A stretch of DNA of 64,000 nt from Callorhinchus milii. Taxonomy: Eukaryota. Below the pieces are notes generated by a model that did no database searches, had not been told where the DNA came from, and saw only the letters and a list, made by a program, of their open reading frames with translations. Numbering within the stretch: the stretch's first letter is position 1; each line of letters starts with the position of its first letter. Of the stretch, positions 10,001-22,000 are shown piece by piece. The position numbers and the translations under genes are program-made. The DNA lies in contig NW_024704742.1 of assembly GCF_018977255.1 (NCBI RefSeq), positions 124,746,001 through 124,810,000 on the forward strand. Reading direction: 5' to 3'.

Positions 10001-13000
10001 TTTAAGGCAGCTTCCAACATATACAGCGTCTCTTATTCCTATGCGGAGACAAACCTGTGAGTACTGTTTGTTTATGATTGTGCCCTTTCCGTGGAAGACA
10101 TAGGCAGCCCCTTGGTGGTTGTTCTCCAGTGGTGCTCCGATCACTATGTCATTATAACCGTCAAGGTTTAGGTCAGAGACCCAGGCTATGGCCATGCCGA
10201 ACCTGGAGCCGCAGGGTTCCCTGATCGAATTAGAGCATTCCTGCTTTTTGACTTTCTCCTATTAGAAAAAAAATTGAAAACACAGGCATGCATCAATACC
10301 TCTTCCTTCTGTGACTAAGCACCTAAAATGTTATACGCTTTCGTTACTTTTTCAGTTCTTTTTGCCCCCGTACAATAATACAATACAATTGACATTTATA
10401 TAGCATTTGGAAGGATGTCTCAAAGTGCTTAACATTATTGGCTGGGTGCCCATGCTGGGGGTGGGAGCCTAAGTGGTGAAGAGGCCAATAGAAGAAATGC
10501 AATGGAATCTTACTTCTTACTAAAATTTATAAAGGTGCAAGAAAAAACTTGCTCAATGGAAACTCAATCAGTAAATCAGATGATCCGTACCCTAACCCGA
10601 ACCCTAGCCCAAAATGATACTGATTCCTCCTGCACAAATAAGGGGGATTCAGCCTGAACATATGGCAGCATATTCAAGAAGTGGCTAGGATTAGGTTTAG
10701 GGTACGTATCACCCATCTCTCAGTAAAACAGAAATCCTTCTGATCAGTTTTTGGTTTCAGAAAGCAGTTTTTAACATTTTTTTTAGATCATTTCTAAAGT
10801 ACATGATTTTAAATGTGGGTGATGTGATTTGGGTTGTGTGTGGTTATTGGTATTACTGCTAAATGTGTTTATTCATCAACATAAAATATGTATTATTATA
10901 TATCACAGCAACACAGGGCATTGATGCTCAACTTTGGAAGCATAAAGGAGTTTAAAGATGGAAAATTGAATGTGTATTTCAAGGCTATTTTAGAATCAAA
11001 GTCGAGTAATTCTTACATCTTTCCTTACCTTACTGAACTTGTCTGTACTGAGGTCAAATGCAGACTGGCAACTGCATTGCTGCTTAATTGGCTCAAGGAC
11101 CATCTCGTATTGAAACTTATCCTAAGTAAAAAAATTCATATGCATTAAGAAGCAGGAGTATGATAGTCACTTATTTTAGATTCAATTTATTTTAAGATTT
11201 CATCAATTTTTGTTATCTTGTCACCATGTGTGGTTGTTAAGGAAATGGATGGTAAGGGAAAGCTATTCCTGATATATTTGATCAGATTCTGAAAGCTTTA
11301 TCTCTCAGTTTACCGCTTTCATGATTATTTCCTGGTTGTCTAGCCTTCTTATATTCCCCATTGCCTTCAAACGTACAGCAATAACGTTAACCAAAGAGGA
11401 TGTGTCATTGTTAACACATTAAATAGGTTATTATGACTTAAAATTAAAGGAAGCTATAAATAATAATCTTTACAACAACAAATTATTGCACTTGTATAGT
11501 GTCTTTCACGTCAGGATAACGGCCCAAAACACTTACATTTATATAATGACTTTCATGTCGGGAAGAAGTCTCAAAGTGCACAACATAGTGTGCCTGAGCT
11601 GGGGATTGGGATCCTGGGGAATGGGGGAGAAAGGTGACTGAAAGTGGGTTGAAAAGATTGTAAGGTAGGTTTTGCGGCTGGGGAAGGTTGTGTAAGATGA
11701 ATAGAGTTGTTGTTGTTGATTTCCATTTCTGATCAATTATGTTTTGTAAAGGGCTTTGAGACATTTATTTTATCGTGATAGGTAACCTTAATAAAATGAA
11801 ACATTGCTGCAGACAGACGTAATGTTGGAGTCACATTGAGTTTGTCATTATTCAGAATAATTCTGTCAAACAAGAATAAGACAATTATTTTCCAACATCC
11901 CTAGATGTTCTTACTGTAGAGTGGTGCGGAGGGCAGGGGGTTAATTTTATGGGCCACTGGCACCAATATTGGGTGAAAAGGGAGCTATTCCATAGAGATG
12001 GGCTCCACCTAAATGGGCTGGGACCAATGTCCTGGCAAAACAAATAAATAGGGAGGTAGGCAGAGCTTTAAACTAAGGGGGTTGGGGGGGAGGGAAGGTT
12101 ACAGTTACAGTTAGAAGTAAAAAAGCAAAACTAAGAACGATGAAAGTGGCAGAGCAGATTATCGAGGGAGATAAACAGAGTATGTCAAGGAGGGACAAGA
12201 AGCTCAGAGGGCATTAGCAAGTAGAGAAAATAGCAAGAAGTCAAAACTAAAGGCGCTATATTTGAATGCACAAAGCATTCGTAATAAGATAGACAAATTA
12301 ATGGCACAAATAAAAACAAATGGGTATGATCTAGTAGCCGTTATTGAGATGTGATTACAGGGAGATCAAGGGTGGGAGCTAAATATTCTGGGGTATTTGG
12401 CATATAGGAAAGATAGGCAATGTGGAAAACAAGGTGGGGGTAGCCCTGCTAATAATGGATGGGTTAAAAACAGTAGAGAGGAAAGATTTTAAATCAGAAA
12501 ATCAAGATGTAGAGTCAGTATGGGTGGCATTACGAAATAACAAGGGCAGAAAACACTAGTCGAAGTAAGTTATAGACCCCCGAACAGCAGTCACAGTGTT
12601 GCGCAGAGTATTAACCAGAAAATGAGAGGAGCATGTAGCAAAGAAATACACTAATAGTGGGTGATTTTAATCTTCATATAGATTGGGAAAACCAATTAGC
12701 AAAAGTAAGTTAGAGGAGGAGTTTATAGAATACATTAGAGATAGTTTTCTAGAACAATATGCTGAGGAACCAACCAGGGAACAGGCTATCCTAGATCTTG
12801 TTTTGTGTAATGAAATAGGACTAATCAGTAATCTGGAAGTTAAAGCTCCTCTTGGGCAGAGTGACCATAACATGATGGAATTTAGCATTAAGTTAGAGAG
12901 TGATGTAGTTAAGTCCGAACCAAAGTTCCTAAATTTAAATAGAGCCAACTTTGCAGGTATGAGAGAGGATTTAGCTAAAATGGACTGGGAAATTAAAGGA

Positions 13001-16000
13001 TATGATGGTAGATCAGCAATAGAAAACCATTAAAGATACAGTACATAATTCCCAGAGATCACATATTCCCTTGAGGAATAAAAATACCACAGGTAAAGTG
13101 GTTCAACCATGGCTAACTAGAGCAGTTAGTGAAAGTATAAAATTAAAAGAAGAGACCTATAATACTGCCAAAAAGAGCAGTAAACCCAAGGATTGGGAGG
13201 GCTTCAGAGACCAACAAAGAAAAACTAAGAAACTGATTAGGAGGGAGAAAATAGATTACGAGGGCAAACTAGCTAGGAACATAAAGACAGATTGCAAGAG
13301 TTTTTACAAATATGTAAAGAGGAAAAGTCTACCAAAGATGAATGTGGATTCATTACAGGCAGAGACAGGAAGAATTATAATGGGGGACAAAGATATGGCA
13401 GGGTCATTAAACAAATAGTTTACTTCTGTCTTCACGTTAGAAGACACTCAAAACTTACCAAAAATAGAGGGGAACCAAGAAGCTAATGTTAGTGAGCAAC
13501 TTAGGGAAATTAACAACAGTAAAGAATTAGTACTAGGGAAACTATTGGGATTGAAAAATTACAAATCCCCTGGACCTCATGGCCTGCATCCTAGGGTTTT
13601 AAAAGAGGTGGCTGCTGAGATAGTGGATGCCTTGTTTTTGATCTTCCAAAATTCTTTGGATGCTGGAATGGTTCCCATTGATTGGAAGATCGCAAACGTA
13701 CCACTATTTAAGAAGGGGTGGGAGAGAGAAGATGGGGAACTATAGACCAGTCAGTCTGACATTGACGGTTGGGAAAATTCTAGAATCCTTAATTAGGGAC
13801 GGCATAGTGGGGTACTTAGAAGGCCATAACATGATTAGTTTTTTGAGGATGTAACTAGCAGGTTAGATAGGGGGTAACCAGTAGATGTAGTATATTTAGA
13901 TTTTCAGAAGGCATTCGAGAAGGTGCTACGTAAAAAGCTGCTACACAAGATTAGGGCCCATGGAATTAAAGGCAATATATTAGCATGGATCGAAGAGTGA
14001 CTAACTGGAAGAAAACAGAGAGTAGGGATAAACGGATCCTTCTCAGATTGGCAAGATGTGACTAGTGGAGTGCCACAAGGATCAGTGCTTGGGCCTCAAC
14101 TATTTATGATCTATATCAATGATCTAGACAAGGACATAGAACTTAAAATATCTAAATTTGCGGATGATGCTAAGCTAGGTGGGAAAGTAAGCTCTGAGGA
14201 TGACACAAAATGATTGCAAAGGGATTTAGATAGGCTAGGTGAGTGGGCAAGAAGGTGGCAGATGGAATATAATATGGGGAAGTGTGAAGTTATTCACCTA
14301 GGTAGTAAAAACAGATTATTTTCGGGAGGGGGAGAGACTAGATAGTGTTAGTGTTCAGAGGGATTTGGATGTCCTTGTACACCAGTCACAAAAGGTTAGT
14401 ATGCAGGTACAGCAAGCAACAAGGAAGGCTAATGGCATGTTGGCGTTTATTGCAAAAGAATTAGAATATAAGAGTAGGGAAGTCTTGCTGCAATTGTATA
14501 GGGCCTTGGTGAAACCAAACCTAGAATATTGTGTGCAGTTTTGGTCTCCTTATTTAAGAAATGACATACTCGCCTTACAGGTCTGCAGTGTAGATTCACT
14601 AGGTTAGTTCCTAGGATGAGGGGGTTGACCTATGAGGATAGGTTGAATAAACTAGGCCTATATTCTCTAGAATATAGAAGAATTAGGGGTGGTCGTATTA
14701 GAAACATATAAGATTCTTATGGGGCTTGACAGAGTAGACAGTGTGAGACTGTTTCCCCTGGTAGGAGAATCTATAGCTAGGGGTCACAGTCTTAAGGTTA
14801 AGGGTCAGCCTTTTCGAATAGAGTTGAGGAAACACTTCTTCACTCAGAGGGTAGTGAATTTATGGAATTCTCTAACCCAGAAGGCTGTAGATGCTCAGTC
14901 CTTGAACATATTCAAGACTGAAACTGATAGATTTCGAAAGAATAGAGGGATTAAGGGATATAGGGATAAAGGGGCAGATTGAGTTACGTTAGAAGATCAG
15001 CCATGATCTTATTGAATAGCGGGGCAGGCTCGAGGGGCCGAATGGCCCACTCCTGGTCCTAATTCCTATGTTCCTATGTATATAAGGACATATAGGGATG
15101 GAGTTCCTAAGAACACTCAATAACCATCATATATATTTATCACCTTTTTTAGAATGTACACGTAAACTCTTCCTTGCTCTTCTTTATCTGTTCCCATATA
15201 CATAGGGGCTCCAACCAGAAGAACATCAGTTATTGAATCTTGATTGATGTCAACAGAACACACGGAGCTTCCAAAGTATGAGCCAATCTGTGAACAGAGA
15301 AACGGTGCTTAGTTGGTTCAATAACTCCATTTCAGCTAGTATTTGCGGTGCTGTGCTAAATTGGCCCAAGGAAAGACATGCAAAATTTATTAGCAATACT
15401 GGCAACGAAAGGAAATGTAAACATTTAAGTGAATTTAGTGAATGCATTTTATTCACTGTGCTGTGCACTGCTTCTGCTTCGCAAATAAGGTTTGTTGCAG
15501 ATAGAAGCTTGGGACCCAGGCCATGACTGGGAACCATTGTAGAGGGTATTACCATACCCTGGCCTTTTTAAGCAATACTAATAGAAGCTATAATAGAATC
15601 TATAATAATGATCCTTGCAATTGATAGTAGCATCTTATCAGAGCTATGAGATGTCTCAGAGGACTTCGCTGGATGTACTGTACAATGGTGTGACTATATT
15701 TTGGGATGAATCTGTGATGTAAACGAGAATACTAATGGATCACAAGATTGGATGAAGAAGGTCCTTTCTTCCAGAACACCCACCATACAGTTCCTCATCA
15801 CGGCATTAAACTGCTTTTAAAATGAGTCTCGTGTCTGGCTTCAACCACCTTTCCTGGCAACCTATACCAGTTGCTAATTTAATGACTTTCCGAGTAAAGA
15901 AAAATGTTCTCGTATCTGTCCTGAAATTGCCCTTTACATCTCTAAACCTATGTCCTCTTATAACTCCTTGTAGCATGATAGCATTGTGGCTAAAACTTAC

Positions 16001-19000
16001 ATTAATGGTGTAGGAAGTGCATTACAGTGCCCACATAATGAATTATAATGAGGCTTATTTATTTACTCTTTCAATTTTGATGCTTATCATGTAAGATTTG
16101 CAAAAGAATTAGTAAATAACAAATCCTGAATGTGTTGTTAAAACTAAAAATTAAAAATTCTCCCTTGCCACCTTCAAGGCACATCTCAAGACCCTCTTCT
16201 TTGACCGCACTACCCCCACGCTCCCTGCTCTCCACTGCTCCTGGTTTCAACCTCCAGCTCGGGTCCAAATCCCTGACTGTCCAATGCCTTGCGATGTCCT
16301 CCCGATGTGAATGGCGGTATACAAATGTAATTTGTTGGTGTTGTAGTCCAGAACCCTGCTCAGAAACAGACTTCATTGATATAGAAACTGTGATCAGTCA
16401 TTAGGGACAGCCTCTGCACTTCCGGAATTTGCTAATCATCAATTCTTATAAAGATCTTCGACTCATGTGGAAAATGTCACCACAACTTTGAACGGAAAAT
16501 GACAACCAAAAAAATCACAATTCTATTAGTGAAATAAGTCAGATTTACCTGCTCTCCTTTCAGGGTCTGTATAATGCTTGTGCGCTTTCCTTTTGAGGTA
16601 TAAATAACAACTTGTCCAGTGTGATTGTATCGAGGCTGTCCAGCAACATACCACATAACTCCAGCCACTGCGACAGAGCTTACAGAGTAACCTGAAGGTT
16701 GTCGATTAAAAAAAAATTAAATGAATAATAATAAAAATAATAATCCTTGCATTTGATATAGCATCTTATCACATCTCAAAGCGCTTCACAGAATATACTG
16801 TAAAGTGAATTGATTGCATTTTTTGTGGGCGAAACGCAGCAGCCAATTGCACACAGCAGTGTCCCACAAATAGTCGTGGATTACATAATTAGAGTTGAAG
16901 AGTTGTATTTGCAGAGAGACAGTGGGGTGTAAAATGTAACAATTTCAAAAGGGATTTCTAAATCAAGACTCCTAGTCACAAGTGGGAATTCTTTCTTGTA
17001 ACTGGAGATGGTTCATGTGGGTTTACGGGAACACCACTCTGAAAGCAGATCGCCTGTTCTGCGGATTTGTAGTATTAATCGTACATCTGCAAGGTTACTC
17101 TGTTGCATTATGTGAATCTGTTTTTCATCATGGCATTAGAAAAGTTGGAAAATAATCTAAACTGTTATGGTAAAATTAACTCATATTGTTTTTTTTACGA
17201 TTTGCATTTATATAGCACCTTTCAAGACGGGAAGATGGCTCAAGCATTTCAAATATCTGAGCTATGGGGTTGGGAGCTGAAAATCAGTTGAAAAAATAGG
17301 CCTTGAGGCAGGTTTTGAAGACAGGGAGGGAGCAAGACGGAGGGATGAACTTCCAGAGAGTTGGGGTACAATGTCTGAAAGCTTGCAGAATAGATGGGGC
17401 ATGTGAAGCAGGCTGATGATTCCGTTGAGTTAGGACGGGTGTGTGATGGGTTCGTGGAGCCTGGTGATGGATTTGTGGAGTCTGGTGAGGGAGAGAAAAT
17501 GGGCTGCAGAGTTCTGGATGGGTTTGATATCACTTTGAATTGCTATTAAGCCGGTTTACTATAATCTGGCAAGCGTACAAGCAAAATAGTTTCTTTAATC
17601 AGATGTTTCATTGAGATTTCATTTCAATTATTCCTTGCAATGAAAAAAATCAGCTGGAACCAGGAAAATATTTAAAAATGAGAGGCTTGGAATAATTCAA
17701 TTTGTTATAACAAGGTTCAATTGAATAATAACTGGCAATAAGTTTCCCAGCCAAACAAGTTTCCAAGCCAAATAAATCCCATTGGAATATTCCCAGTCTC
17801 CAATCTTAATTTCATCATCCAAAATCAGGCTCATTTTAAACAAATGGGTTGTCACATGATCCATCGTAATTTTTTTCAACCTAAGTTTCCAATAAAAGCA
17901 CTTAGGTAAGTGAATGAGCTTGACTTTCACTCTGATACAAAGTTTTTTTTTACTGCTCGAAATGTCTAATTTACAAAAATATGGGCTTTTCAATATATCT
18001 TTATGTTTTAGAAAACCCACAAGAATTGCACATTGAATAGAAAAAAGGCTATTCTGTTTAGATTACTAAAACTATTTCACAGAGAAGGCAAAACTTCCCC
18101 TCTTGTGTTTTCCGTCCCAACAACTCCTGGGTGAAAGTTCTGCATTCATACTTTTGACATAGAATAATAATGAAACAAATTATTGTTTCCCTCACCACAG
18201 ACCATTCCCTTTCCCCTCCCTCCAAACGCTAGGCATTTCATCTCAGTTTGCAGTTAGCACTGTATCGTCCAATACCAAACAACAACAGCAACAACTTGCA
18301 TTTATATATAATAATAATAATAATCCTTGCATTTGATATAGCGCTTTTCACGTCGGGAGGACGTCCCAAAGCGTTTCACAGAACACACTGCAAAGTGAAT
18401 TGACTGTATATTTGTGGGCGAACGCGGCAGCCAATTGCGCACAGCAATGTCCCACAAACAGTCATAGATTGAAAATGACCAATTTTATTATTGCTTTTGG
18501 TTTTGGAGGGATTATTATGAGGCGTGTGGAGTAAGGAAACTTGCCCAAGGTTTCGCCCTGCCTGGAATTGAACTCAGGTCTCTCGCTTGCAAAGCGAGTG
18601 CTCTAACCACTGAGCTACAGGACTCCACACGCCTTCATGCCAGTACCCTTCATATAGCACCCTTCATGCCAGACGGCATCTCAGAGCACTTAACCAGAGG
18701 CTAAAGCCCTCTGGTTACCCTCTGCTACCCCACCTAAGTGACTACTGTTCATGTGTAAGCCCTGGCAGTGAGTGCTGACTGGACATTTGACTCTAGTAAT
18801 CGGGTGGTTTTGCTTTATTATTGTTGGAAGTCAAAAATATCGATGCAGAACTTTTTCCAGGAGTGGGTGGGATAGAGAAAACAAGAGGGGAGGTTTTCCC
18901 TTCTCTGTGAAATAGGTTTGATGAGGCGAACACAATCACCTTTCACCAGAGGGCAACTGGAATCTGAGCTTGAATTCTTGACTTGCTGCTACCCACATGT

Positions 19001-22000
19001 AATAGATGCACAAGGACCAGGAGCAGGAATCCTGGCTGGTTTTCCCCTCCCTAACCCTAGGAAGGCCAGGGCCAATTTAGCTTCCCAGCTGAGAGCAGCA
19101 AACTCAGCATGGACCAGGATTAGAACCAGGGAGTTCCTGGTTTGTAAACTGCAGCTCTATCCACTGGATCATCTGTGCTACCCTCCTCTTCATTATCAGC
19201 TTCTGTCCTTCACTTTTGCTCTTGTGATCAGCCTAAAATAGGTTGAGTACATTTCCCTCGTTGATGCCTTTTATCATTCTTAAAGAACTCAGTTCAATGC
19301 TTTTCTTACCCAAATATCCAGCCAAAGATTCATTATGTTTGTCTGACTTATTGAGAAATTCCTCGCTGTCAGGAATAACCACATCATTGTTGTTCAGCAT
19401 AAGGACTGTTCCATTCCATTCGTCAGCTCCAACTGCTCCAAGCATGATGCTGTCCTGGTGGTTAGATGAGGAAATCATATGAGAAAGTTATATGACACAG
19501 AACACTTCACAGAATGACACAGAATCAGCAGTACTGAAACAGGCCATTTGGCCCATCTGGTACGTTCCAGTTTTTATGCTCCACATGAGCCTTCACCCAT
19601 CCTATTCTCTATCCTTCCTGCACCCTTCTATTGCCTTTATCTCATCTATGCATTAATCCTTTCTAGGATCTTTGATAAGAAACAGCTAGATGCTTGATGT
19701 CATGTGAAGTTGGTAAGTTTGTACAGGAGAAGGGGTTTTCTCATCTGACTCTCCTATGATCTTGTGACCTTTCTTCTGCATTGAAAAAAAGGGTGCTCCA
19801 TCTAATGATAGTTATTCAATGTAGAATCATAGAAATTTACTATGCAGGAGACCATTTGGCCCACTGAGTCTGCATCGGCTCTTAGAGCAAGCTATTCATT
19901 CAATCCCACTTGCCAGTCTCCCTTCAAGCATTTTTTTCTGTACATGTATCTCTCTACTTCCCTCTTGAAAGAGAAAACAGACTGTGTGTCTACCACTTTA
20001 CTTGGCATGGCATTCCACATCATAACAACTCTTTGTGTGAAAACATTTCTTCCAAGTTCTCCTTTTGCTCTACTTTTGACAATCACAAGGCTCACCCACA
20101 AAAATATATACATCACTATACAGTGAATCCCGTGAAGTGATTTTAGATGTCTTCCTGACTTGAAAGGCGTCATATCAAATGTAACTATTATTATTATAAA
20201 TATTATTATCTATGTCCTCTAGTCACTGACTACCCTACCAAAGTATCAATGTTCCTCAAAGAACATAGGGAATACTAAAACACCACAAAGTTTCCCCTAA
20301 TATTCCTTAATTAAGGCATTCGAGTGGGAACTCTCAATTACTTCCAACAGCTGGAAGTGCACCACAAAACATTCTAACCTATATGAACTTCATAACAGTA
20401 GATCACACAGGATTGAAGCTCTCACAAGTTATTATGACATATTCCAGATTCCTTAATGAGGAATTCCATTGGAATTCGTTACGTATTAGACCTCAAAATC
20501 TCAGCAACAGAGCTGATGTAGTGAGTCTGTAGCACTTTATCTTGGGGTTAATTACTTTGACAGAGACTGAATCTAATCTTGCGGAGCAGAATGAGAGTGA
20601 GAACACATGAAGGAAAGGAAGAAAGAAAAGTCACAATAAACAATGACCAAGAGAGCGAGAGGTAAGAGAGAGAATGTTTATTGAAATTAAACTTCACAAA
20701 GTTTCCAAAGAGACTTGCAGTATCTTACCTTGGTATAATGTGCACTGAATCCAACCTGTGACATTTCCATCTTGAAGGAGGTTGCTTCTTTGTCAGGAGT
20801 TGCTAATAAATTAGAAGCTGTTGTTAGCGAAAGCCAAGACATGACTCAGACTGTAAGTAATTCTACTACATATAAATCCAAGCTGTTCTCCCATCCATGT
20901 TTTATTAATATGAATGGTAAAATAATATTATGATGAATAATCTGCACCAATTACCATCTATATCAACATACATTATTAACACTTACAGATCTACCTGACA
21001 GATTACCCATCTAATTGAGTGAACTGCTTTGTTTTATTATAGTTATATTATAGTTATATTATAGTTAGTTTTGTTTTATTATAATCTACAAATTATCCTT
21101 GGAGTGGAAACTAATCTAACTATCTCTGGACTACTGATTTATAAATATATCAGATCCAATTATTCATAACGGTTAACTTTGAACTGTCCCCTTAACTGTA
21201 CTGTCCTCAGTTAAAGTTGGTTTTGCTGAATTGTCAATGAAATGCTGAGATCCATGTGATGGTATGTAAAAAAGTACATAAGTTTCTACAATAATACTAA
21301 CCCTTGCATTTTGATATTATCACCTTATCAACCAGTGTGTGCTAGGGGAGTGGAGGTCCTGTTGTTTCAATGAGACATAAAACCAGTTTGTTCAAGTGGA
21401 CATAATAGATCCCATGTTCCCATAGAACAATGAATTCCCTAAATAAAATTGGTCATTCACTTCAAAGATGTTTGTGGGTCATTTCTAGGTGCAAATTGTT
21501 TTCCACAAAACACACAGCCATGGTATTGAATGTTTCTGTCCCAATAGTGGAATTAATGTGCCCTTAAGCATGTTATTAACAACCAATTCATTGGCAATGA
21601 CATGATTAAGGCCACCAGTAATTCCTTCTGTACACATACATTCACACCTGGTTTGCTCACAGCACATAATATACCTCAAGTAGTCAGTCATCGGAGTCTG
21701 GATTTTTGACTGGCTAGAACTCTCAAACTGGCTTTCAAAAGAATTTACTGAAAGTAAAAGCTATCAGTGACAAAATGAATGCATTAAGAAAGGTCAACTA
21801 ACACCAGTGAACAAATACTTGAGTGAAAAATCATATCCCAAATATCAAGTTAGCTGTAGTAAACCCGTTGTTATAGGTTGATAGACCTGACTCAAGATCT
21901 AAACAAAACACAAAATACTGCAGATGCTGAAAATCTGAAGCAAAAACAGAGCGAGCTGGGAAAACTCAGCAGGTCAGGCAGCATCTATGGAGAAAGGAAA

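Noticed and set aside
18555..18628. tRNA-Ala-like cloverleaf (also at the other SINE heads)
   Set aside because: Always fused to the same SINE body and tail, with a variable anticodon loop and imperfect T-arm; these are SINE heads, not tRNA genes.
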